NCBI GenBank assembly: GCA_903921785.1
Contig: CAIXRH010000025.1
Span: forward strand, 55,069 to 119,068
Direction of reading: 5' to 3'
Source of the DNA: an uncultured Pseudomonadota bacterium
GTDB lineage: Bacteria > Myxococcota_A > UBA796 > SXON01
DNA length: 64,000 bases
Below, piece by piece: positions 19,725 to 27,067 of this stretch. The stretch's first letter is position 1, and the number at the start of each line of letters is the position of its first letter. The translations under genes and the position numbers were made by a program. The notes below the pieces were generated by a model that searched no databases, was not told where the DNA came from, and worked only from the letters and a program-made list of their open reading frames with translations.

Positions 19725-22519
19725 GGCGTGCCCCTCCACGTGGCGCCCAGGTCGATCCATCGGGTCACGGTCTGGATCTGATCGGTCGTGAGCCCTCCGT
19801 GGGGCGTGCCGGGCGTGGCGAGGTCGGCGGTGGCCGAGAGCTCCTCGCCGGTGAGCACCTCCACGAGGTGGCTCTGGTAGCTGCTGCCCGGCACCACGTC
19901 TCCCGCGAGGAGGGCCTCGTAGGCTACGTCGAACCACGTGGTTCGGGTGTCGGCGAGGTCGAGGCCGTCGGCCGGCGCACTGCCCGAGTGGCACGCCGCC
20001 GAGGCGCAGGTGGAGCTCAGCAATGGGGAGATGTCCCGGCGCCAATCCACCTCCACACGCGTGGCGTCCCCGGCCTCCGGCGCGGCGATCGGCCGCCGCG
20101 GGTCCTTGTTCTCGTACTGGGCCAGCGAGATCGAGGCGGTGCTCATGATGTCCGGCTCCACGAAGACGTCGGCGGGATCTCCGCTGAGCGAGCCGTGGCA
20201 CACGGAGCAGGAAAACGTGTAATAATGTCCGTCTGTCGCCGATACCCCCTGGGTGAGGGTCTGCCCGGGCGCCACGTAGTACCAACGATTGTAGTTCAGG
20301 TCGATCGCGCGGCCGGCGCTGTCGAGCGGCTGGAGCCGGAACGACACCCCCGCGGGGACGGAGCCCTGGAGCGAACCGTCCGCGAAGATCGGCAGCTCCG
20401 CGAGCACCCGCGCCGGCGGGTACACCCCGATCCCCGTGCTGGTGGCCCCGGGCGCGGAGTAGGGCAGGTCCGCCGCCGGCACCGGCTGCCGCTCCGCCGG
20501 AGTGAGCGGCAGTGCTTCCACGAGGCGGACGCCGACCACCCCGTAGGCCACGGGCTTGGCGCCGGTTGGTGGCAGGTCCAGGAGCAGCGAGGCGATGTTC
20601 CCGAGACCGAGCACGCGCACCAGCCCCCGCGGCTCCGCGGGATCCCACGACAGCTCCTCCACGACGTTGGAGGGACGCCGGACGTACACCGGCTCGGGAT
20701 CATAGGTCGACATCCCCGCTTCGCCCGCGACCAGCACCTCGCGGGAGGCGATGGAGGGCCCCTTGCCCCGCACCGACTCCGCCAGGGTCAGGCGCTCGAT
20801 CGAGAAGATGGGCGCGGCGTCGGGGTCCGCGAGGTCGAGGGTCCCGGCCGCACGCGCGACGAGAATCCGCCCGTCCGCCTCGGGGCTGGGGTCGCGGTAG
20901 AGGCTCGCGGTGACCCCCTTCGCGGCCGATTCTTCGTCGAGCCTGGCGATGGGGTCCGCGTAGAAGGGGATCGAGGCGTCGTCCTCCCCCCCGGCCGGAA
21001 TCTCCGGCCCGAAGTTCCGCTCCACGACGGCGAGCCGCCCGCCTACCCACACGTTGTCGACGTCGGAGAGGATGACCGGGTAGCGACCGTCCGGCAGCTC
21101 TCGCATGTCGTAGAAGACGTTTTCCGGTGCGGTGATCCCGAAGTGCGGGTGGTACTCCGTCCGGAGTCCTGGAGGGAAGCGGAAGATGTGGGCCCGCCTC
21201 TTGGAGGGGATGGCCTCGCGGAGCGCGGTGAAGCCCACCTGCCCTCCGTTCTCGGGGCCCACCACGAAGAAGACCGGCTTCCGCTCGATCTGAGGTGACC
21301 ACGTGCGGCGGGTGAGCTGGGAGCCATCGACGGCCACCGAGTAGAGCTCCGCGTCGAGCCGGACGCCATCGTCGGCGAGCACCCCCGCACGGGTGGAGGA
21401 GAACCAGAGCTGCCCATCGGGCGACCAGGTCGGATCACGATCCGCGCCTGAGGCCTCGTCCGTGACCTGCGTGGCCACGCGCGTGGTGAGGTCGAGCACC
21501 CAGAGGTGGTGTCCAGCGTCGTCGGGCCCGCGCATCGCGAACGCGAGCGCGGTGCCCTGGGGGTTCACCGCGGGCTCCCGGATGTCCGCCGGCCACGTGT
21601 GCAGCGCCGCGGTGAGGTTCTCTGTCGTCCCGTCCGCGTGGGCCCACCAAAGGTCGCTCCCGGGGACGTAGGCGTCGAGATCGAAGGTGTCCTCGGACTC
21701 CACCGGCCCTCGGACGTACACGAAGCCGTCGGTCTGCGGCTCGCAGGGCACGTCGAGTCGAGCCTGCCGTTCCTCGCAGGCCCAGGCCTCGACCGCCTGG
21801 ACCGCCGCGTCGTCGGGACCCGCGAAGAAGGCCTCGTTGCCCCCCTTGTGCACGATGCCCCCTGAGCCCAGCCGCAGTCCCTTCCGGAGCAGCCGGGACT
21901 GGGTAACGTCGCCGTCGAGGGACACCATCGCGAGCGCAGTGGCGTAGTTGGCGCGGGTGGCGCTCCGGGAGAACTCCCCTTGCAAGCCACCGTTGAAGCG
22001 GTAGGGCAGCGCCGCGGTGAGCCCGTGGCAGTTCGCGGTCATGCATCCGCGCGCGACGAGCTGGGGCTGCACGGTGTCGGCGAAGAGCTGCTCCCGATCG
22101 TCGAGCTCCGGGACGTTCTCACCACCGCCGCTCTCGCCCCCGATCCAGTCCCGAATCGCCTGGTAAGCCGGGTCGTCGGTCGAGGTGAAACACGCGCCGC
22201 CGTAGTGCGGGCTCCCACCCAGCTCCTGGGGGAGCGGGCGGGTGAGGACGGACGAGAATTCGGGCGCCTCGTCGGTGACGATGAACCGCTTCACCGTGCG
22301 ATAAGCTTCTTCCGGGTCAGAGAAGTCGCCGCCTTCATCCAACTGGAGTTCCAGCCGTTTCCAGTCGATGGTGAGCTCGGGCTCCGCGCCGGGAGCCACG
22401 CCGTGGCACGCGGTGTCGGCGCATCGGGCGTGGAGCACAGGAACGACGTCGGCGTCGAACCGAGCCCGGCCATCCAGCTCGGGGGTGCAGGCCATCAGGT
22501 GGACGAGCAGAGTGAGCAT
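19721..22519 (-). CDS. large lipoprotein with TolB/PD40-like beta-propeller repeats, three CX4CH motifs and one CXXCH motif
   Basis: Lipobox HLMAC. CADTACH (22403-22423), CMTANCH (22025-22045), CSVCH (20195-20209), CASAACH (19988-20008). PD40-like DRDPTWSPDGQLWFSSTRAG and AVNPQGTALAFAMRG. Confidence 0.75.
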   Translation of the reverse strand: MLTLLVHLMACTPELDGRARFDADVVPVLHARCADTACHGVAPGAEPELTIDWKRLELQLDEGGDFSDPEEAYRTVKRFIVTDEAPEFSSVLTRPLPQELGGSPHYGGACFTSTDDPAYQAIRDWIGGESGGGENVPELDDREQLFADTVQPQLVARGCMTANCHGLTAALPYRFNGGLQGEFSRSATRANYATALAMVSLDGDVTQSRLLRKGLRLGSGGIVHKGGNEAFFAGPDDAAVQAVEAWACEERQARLDVPCEPQTDGFVYVRGPVESEDTFDLDAYVPGSDLWWAHADGTTENLTAALHTWPADIREPAVNPQGTALAFAMRGPDDAGHHLWVLDLTTRVATQVTDEASGADRDPTWSPDGQLWFSSTRAGVLADDGVRLDAELYSVAVDGSQLTRRTWSPQIERKPVFFVVGPENGGQVGFTALREAIPSKRRAHIFRFPPGLRTEYHPHFGITAPENVFYDMRELPDGRYPVILSDVDNVWVGGRLAVVERNFGPEIPAGGEDDASIPFYADPIARLDEESAAKGVTASLYRDPSPEADGRILVARAAGTLDLADPDAAPIFSIERLTLAESVRGKGPSIASREVLVAGEAGMSTYDPEPVYVRRPSNVVEELSWDPAEPRGLVRVLGLGNIASLLLDLPPTGAKPVAYGVVGVRLVEALPLTPAERQPVPAADLPYSAPGATSTGIGVYPPARVLAELPIFADGSLQGSVPAGVSFRLQPLDSAGRAIDLNYNRWYYVAPGQTLTQGVSATDGHYYTFSCSVCHGSLSGDPADVFVEPDIMSTASISLAQYENKDPRRPIAAPEAGDATRVEVDWRRDISPLLSSTCASAACHSGSAPADGLDLADTRTTWFDVAYEALLAGDVVPGSSYQSHLVEVLTGEELSATADLATPGTPHGGLTTDQIQTVTRWIDLGATWRGTP

Positions 22520-22640
22520 GACGACGCCATCCCCGCGAAGGGAGGATAGCGGAAGGACTCACAAATGACAAGGTTATCAGCCTACAAGGTTGATAATACA
22601 CATCGGATATTCAACCGATGAGTCGTGTCCTGGGCGCCGT
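22520..22640 (-). promoter_or_regulatory. AT-richer intergenic region between apbE and the six-gene block: hairpin plus direct repeats
   Basis: Plus strand: ACAAGGTT at 22568-22575 and 22584-22591 (16-bp period); inverted repeat CATCGG-n8-CCGATG at 22601-22620. GC is clearly lower than the surroundings. Confidence 0.35.
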
Positions 22641-23600
22641 TCAGGGTCGCGCGTCGTTGCGCCACGCCACGACCGGGAGCCCGGGCGTGCTGCGGACCCG
22701 CCCGAGCTCGTCGATGGTGAGCGCCTCGACGCCCAGGCGCTCGGCGAGCGCGATACCCGCCACCGGTCCGTCAACCATCAGGGCGGTGGACAAAGCGTCG
22801 GCTCGCGTCGCGTCGGGAGAGACCACGGTGGCGGCGTGCAACCCGCGAGCGGGCATCCCCGTGTGCGGGTCGAGGATGTGGTGGTACCGCACGCCGCCCA
22901 GCTCGAAGTAACGCTCGTAGTCGCCGCTGGTGGACACCGAGGCGTCGGTGATCGCGAGCACGGCGAGCGTCTCGTTGGGGCCAGCCATCGGGTCCCGGAC
23001 CCCCACGCGCCACGGAGCCGCGGCGCCGTCCCGGTGGCCGGCCGCGTACACCTGCCCGCCGGCGGAGAGCATGAAGTCCACCCGACCGAGCGCCCGCAGA
23101 CGCCGCTGGGCCAGGTCCAACGCCCAACCCTTCGCGATGCCGCCGAGCCCGATGCGCATCCCCGCCACGGGCAGGCGCACGGTCCCCTCCCCAAGCTCCA
23201 CCTTGCGGTAGTCGATGAGGGGGAGCCGGGCTCGGATGGCGGCCGGGTCCGGTACCGCGGGCACATCGAAGTTCCACAACCCCCAGAGCGCCGCCCAGGT
23301 CAGGTCGAAGGCGCCGTCGGTCTCCCGGCCCAGCTCCACGGCGCGGCGGACGAGCTCGTAGGTGGGCGGCGGCACCGCCATCGCCGCACCGCCAGCGTGC
23401 GCGTTGACCTCGGCGAGAGGGGAGCCCTCCCGCCATTCGTTGGCGTCGTGCTCGACCTGGCGAAAAACGGTGAAGACCTCCGCCGCATCCGCCCCCGCCC
23501 GGGCGTCGTCTTCGAGGATCACCTCGATCCTCGTCGACATCGCCTGGATCTCGAAGGAACGGAGGCCGGCCGACGCCAGTGCGATCCACAGGAGAGTCAT
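22641..23600 (-). CDS. apbE: FAD:protein FMN transferase (ApbE family)
   Basis: Motifs GLGGIAKGWALD, STSGDYERYF, HHILDPHTGMP, ADALSTAL. ATG 23600 overlaps the upstream stop (ATGA). Signal-like N-terminus MTLLWIALASAG. Confidence 0.9.
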   Translation of the reverse strand: MTLLWIALASAGLRSFEIQAMSTRIEVILEDDARAGADAAEVFTVFRQVEHDANEWREGSPLAEVNAHAGGAAMAVPPPTYELVRRAVELGRETDGAFDLTWAALWGLWNFDVPAVPDPAAIRARLPLIDYRKVELGEGTVRLPVAGMRIGLGGIAKGWALDLAQRRLRALGRVDFMLSAGGQVYAAGHRDGAAAPWRVGVRDPMAGPNETLAVLAITDASVSTSGDYERYFELGGVRYHHILDPHTGMPARGLHAATVVSPDATRADALSTALMVDGPVAGIALAERLGVEALTIDELGRVRSTPGLPVVAWRNDARP

Positions 23601-25090
23601 GGCTGTTCCAGGGTGAGGGCGCGGAGCTCGAGCTCGACCTGCCGCAAGTCGGTCGCGCTCAACTCGCCGTCGTGGCGATGGCGCAGGCGTCCCGCCCCGT
23701 CCAGCACCCATGTGACCGGGAGCGCCGCCGGTGCGAGCTGCCCGACGAAGGCGGCCCTCGAATCGAGGGCCACCGGGAGCCTCAGCCTCAGTCGCGAGAC
23801 GATCCCTCGAGCCGGCGTCGGGGTCGCGTCCACGCTCACGGCCAGGAACCGGAACCCCTCGGGGGCGAGACGGGCGGCCAGGGCATCGAGGCGGGGCAGC
23901 TCGGCGAGGCAGGGCGAGCACCAGCTTGCCCACACGTTGAGCACACCGGGCGCGCCCAGGAGCGCTTGCTCCGTGACCGCGCGCCCATCCAGGCCGGGGA
24001 TCGAGAAAGAGGGGAGGCTGGAGGGCTCGGGGGACGCGGCGGACGCGGTGGGAACCAGGGCCCGGAGCAGGGTGCGCCCGAGGCTCGCCGTCGGCTCACA
24101 CTCCGACACCGTGGCCGTGCGGTCGCCCGCCCCGTAACGAACGATCACGCCGTGCTTCTCCCCGGTCGAAAACAGGTTCCCGCCCGCGAAGAGGACGTCG
24201 TCTGCATGGCCCCAGGCTGCGTGGAGATGGTCCGGTGTGAGCGGGAGCTCCGGGCGCAGCCAGCCGTCGTCCTGGAGGAGCGCCACCGTGCCGAAGTTGC
24301 CGGCGACTGCCACGTCGGCGCCCGGCGCCGTCCAGACGCCGGCGAGCGGCTGACCCAGCTCGGTGGCGTCCACCTCGCTCCAGCTCAGGCCGTCCCAGTG
24401 GGTGACCAGGGGCGTGCCCAGGCCGCCCACCGCCCACACGTCATCGGCGGCGCGCCCCCGCACGGTCAGCAGGTGCCCGCCCCCGGCGTCCACAGGCACG
24501 AGCACCCCGTCGCCGTCGAGGTGCCAGGCCACACCATCCCCCACGAACCACCCATCCCATACCTTGAAGACTGCCCCGGCCGCATCCTGGAGCACGGGGC
24601 TCCAAGTGCCGGCGGTTCTCCGCCAGATCTCCCCGGTGGAGCCGTTCTCGTCGAAGGTCCCGCCCACGGCCCAGACATCCGCACCATCCATGTACACGCC
24701 GAAGAGCGTAGCGTCCGTCGGCACGTCCTCCCGGGTGCGCCCCGCCGGCGTTGCGTGGACGATGCGCCCCGCCTCGCCCACGGCGTACCACTCCCCAGCG
24801 CCGTCCCCGTGGATCCACCAAAGCGTCTTGTCCGCGACCGCCCGCTCCACGCAGAGCGACTCCCCGTCGTAACGCGCGATCACCCCCTCCGAACCGCCGA
24901 TCTGCCCGCCGGAGAACAAGACGTCGCCTCCGTCGTCGGTCGCCGAGAGCAGCGCGCCCCCCGGGATGTCCTCGGCGAGCACCGAGAAGTGGGGCCCGTC
25001 GCCCGTGTCCGTTGCGGTGGAGCTGGAGGTGCACGAGGCGAGTAGCCAGAGGAGCATGGGTCCATCCAGTGAGGATCGCGGCGGAATCAT
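23597..25090 (-). CDS. lipoprotein: propeller-like repeat domain fused to a TlpA/ResA-type thioredoxin domain
   Basis: C-terminal LNVWASWCSPCLAELP (WCxxC redoxin). The N-terminal ~330 aa carry repeated W-x-VG motifs (WYAVGEAG, VWAVGGTF, VWAVGGLG). Lipobox LLASC after Met12, so start 25057 is possible. Confidence 0.8.
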   Translation of the reverse strand: MIPPRSSLDGPMLLWLLASCTSSSTATDTGDGPHFSVLAEDIPGGALLSATDDGGDVLFSGGQIGGSEGVIARYDGESLCVERAVADKTLWWIHGDGAGEWYAVGEAGRIVHATPAGRTREDVPTDATLFGVYMDGADVWAVGGTFDENGSTGEIWRRTAGTWSPVLQDAAGAVFKVWDGWFVGDGVAWHLDGDGVLVPVDAGGGHLLTVRGRAADDVWAVGGLGTPLVTHWDGLSWSEVDATELGQPLAGVWTAPGADVAVAGNFGTVALLQDDGWLRPELPLTPDHLHAAWGHADDVLFAGGNLFSTGEKHGVIVRYGAGDRTATVSECEPTASLGRTLLRALVPTASAASPEPSSLPSFSIPGLDGRAVTEQALLGAPGVLNVWASWCSPCLAELPRLDALAARLAPEGFRFLAVSVDATPTPARGIVSRLRLRLPVALDSRAAFVGQLAPAALPVTWVLDGAGRLRHRHDGELSATDLRQVELELRALTLEQP

Positions 25091-26700
25091 CGGGTCACCG
25101 CGTGGCGGCCGGGGACCACATCATCAAGCACGGTCGTGCCCCCTTCGAACCACTCCACCGTGAGCCGATCGGCGCTCGGATAGCCCCCCAACCCCACGAA
25201 GAGCTCGGCGGCCGATGAGGAGCTGACGGTGCCGGGGAGCATCCATTGGTACGTGGTCCGGCCCCCGACCTCCGCGACGAGGCGGGCGCCGATCCCCTGT
25301 CGGTTCCCCGGTCCTGCGTCGAGGGTCAGGACGACATCCCCCCCGCAGCCGCCCGAGAGCTTCCAGGTCTTAAGATAGTATTTTCCGGTCGTGACCAGGT
25401 CGGGCTGCCCGTCGCGGTCGAGGTCACCCACCACCACCGAGCGGCCCCGCGCCGGGTCGCCGAAGCCCCACCCGTCGGTGCGCTCAAAGCCGCCCTCGCA
25501 GTCCCCGCGAAGGATGACATCTGGCTGATTCTCAGCGTCTATCCATCCTTGTTGGAGCCCCGCCACGGCGTCGGTGTTGGTGCCGGACTGGCCGAACATC
25601 AGGATGAGGTCCTGGCAGCGGTCGCCGTCCACGTCGAGGAAGGTGGTCCCCCACCCGGTCATGGTGCTCGGGTCGGGCGGCACCAGCGAACCATTGGCCT
25701 CCGTCGCGTCAACAAAATGGCCAGAACCGAGGTTCAGGAGGTAGTTCGGTCCGCCTACATCGGAGATGTACAGGTCTGGGAGCCCATCGTTGTCCCCGTC
25801 GCCGACGGCCACGCCCATCGAGAACATCGCCAGCTCGCAGCCGCAGTCGGCTGCGCGCGCGAAGTGTCCCGCGCCGTCGTTGAGCCAGAGGTGGTTCGGA
25901 TCCAGGAAGGGGCCGGCGTCGTTGGCCTCGTAGACGTCGAGGTCCCCGTCGCCCTCGGCGTCGAACCAACGCCCCTCGAAGGTGTGCCCGTGAACCTCCC
26001 GAGTCGGGAGCTCTCCGAGGGAGAAGTGGCCGGCTCCGTCGTTGAAGTACAGGCGCTCCGGCTGCCCCTCCATAGTGCCGGCGATGACCTCCGCCGCCGA
26101 GACATTGGCGATCCCGGTCGCAAGCCACGCGTCGAGGTCACCGTCGGCGTCCGCGTCCGCCAGTTCTGCGCTCAGGGTGATGCCCAGGTTCGGCTCCGCG
26201 AGCGGCTCGAACGTGAGGTTGCCGGCCCCGTCCCCACGCAAGACTCCGTCGGACGCCAGCGAGCGGCCGAGGAGCCCGTCGAGGTCGCCGTCGGCGTCGA
26301 GGTCCGCGAGGGCGACCGCGTGGGCGCCGCCGAGCACGGCTCCGGCGTCGTCGAGGAGCGGATGGTCCACCGTGAGTCGGCCCGCTCCGTCGTTGAGCAA
26401 GACAATGGCCCCGGCTCCGCCCGCAAACACGGCGTCCAACCAGCCATCCCCGTTCAGGTCACCTAGGGCGACACCGGTCACGCCGCGCTCGTCTGCCCAC
26501 TCCAGCGCCTCGATCTCCGCGCCTTCCCACGCGTCCACCCCCGTGATGCTCACCGGCACGCAGTCAACCGGTGACGCGGAGTCCCCGGGCGCCACCAGCG
26601 CTCCCCCAGACGTGCCAGGGCCCATGCAGCCCACAAGGCAGAACGCGGCGCTCAACCTGCGGCCGCCCCACGACCGCGCGCCGGGGCGGCCCGACATCAT
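25087..26700 (-). CDS. FG-GAP/VCBS repeat lipoprotein with ASPIC/UnbV-like C-terminus (CRTAC1 family)
   Basis: Repeats DLNGDGWLD, DLDADGDLD, DADADGDLD, DGDNDGLPD, DLDRDGQPD; C-terminal GARLVAEVGGRTTYQWM...LTVEWFEGG. Start moved to ATGATG at 26700 (MMSGRPG...AAFCLVGC lipobox). The track start at 26886 lies inside repeat copy B. Confidence 0.8.
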   Translation of the reverse strand: MMSGRPGARSWGGRRLSAAFCLVGCMGPGTSGGALVAPGDSASPVDCVPVSITGVDAWEGAEIEALEWADERGVTGVALGDLNGDGWLDAVFAGGAGAIVLLNDGAGRLTVDHPLLDDAGAVLGGAHAVALADLDADGDLDGLLGRSLASDGVLRGDGAGNLTFEPLAEPNLGITLSAELADADADGDLDAWLATGIANVSAAEVIAGTMEGQPERLYFNDGAGHFSLGELPTREVHGHTFEGRWFDAEGDGDLDVYEANDAGPFLDPNHLWLNDGAGHFARAADCGCELAMFSMGVAVGDGDNDGLPDLYISDVGGPNYLLNLGSGHFVDATEANGSLVPPDPSTMTGWGTTFLDVDGDRCQDLILMFGQSGTNTDAVAGLQQGWIDAENQPDVILRGDCEGGFERTDGWGFGDPARGRSVVVGDLDRDGQPDLVTTGKYYLKTWKLSGGCGGDVVLTLDAGPGNRQGIGARLVAEVGGRTTYQWMLPGTVSSSSAAELFVGLGGYPSADRLTVEWFEGGTTVLDDVVPGRHAVTR

Positions 26701-26841
26701 CGCCGCCCCAGATGCTCGCGCGACGAATACATTGCCCCGATATACCTGGCGATCGGCCACCGCACCATCGGTCGCCGGACCGATGGCGCGGCGCGGTCGT
26801 CCGCCAGGCTCGCCAGCGGCGCGCCGGGCGTGGAGAATCGC

Positions 26842-27026
26842 GCACAACAGCCAGCTCGAGACCCACAAGGGCGGCAAGTTCATCAAGCGCGCGCGGGTGG
26901 GCGACCTCCTGCGCTAGTCAGGGAATCCTCGCAGGGGCAGCCGGGGCGCCAGACCACGTCGGCGCTCCGATACTCCGTCCGGCGGCGCCGCCGGGCGGCT
27001 GGGGCCGCCCGGCGCGAACGGTCGGC
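26842..27026. repeat. direct repeat copy B (orphan copy of the dihydropyrimidinase 3' end and hairpin)
   Basis: ~97% identical to 14842-15026. It still reads ..HNSQLETHKGGKFIKRARVGDLLR-stop, but there is no hydantoinase sequence upstream of 26837. Hairpin copy at 26990-27013. Confidence 0.95.
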
Positions 27027-27067
27027 TCACTGGGGGGAGGCCGGCGGGGACGAGCCCGGTCGGCGCG

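Larger units (their letters stand above)
14842..27026. mobile_element. putative insertion/genomic island bounded by 185-bp direct repeats; no mobility gene seen
   Basis: att-like duplication of a gene 3' end, exactly 12,000 bp apart, bracketing nine functionally coherent genes. There is no integrase, transposase or recombinase inside, so mobility is unproven. Confidence 0.4.

Noticed and set aside
26701-26886. Longer start (26886) for the FG-GAP/ASPIC gene as given by the track
   Set aside because: The extension has no signal-peptide character and runs into repeat copy B. The ATGATG at 26700 gives a positively charged n-region plus the lipobox CLVGC, like the other eight island proteins.
26042-26917. 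291-aa plus-strand ORF ending with the same 25 residues as the dihydropyrimidinase
   Set aside because: Only the last ~76 nt derive from the hydantoinase gene (repeat copy B). The remainder is antisense to the FG-GAP gene and S/P/A/R-rich. I treat it as an orphan gene-tail remnant, not a functional gene or fusion.
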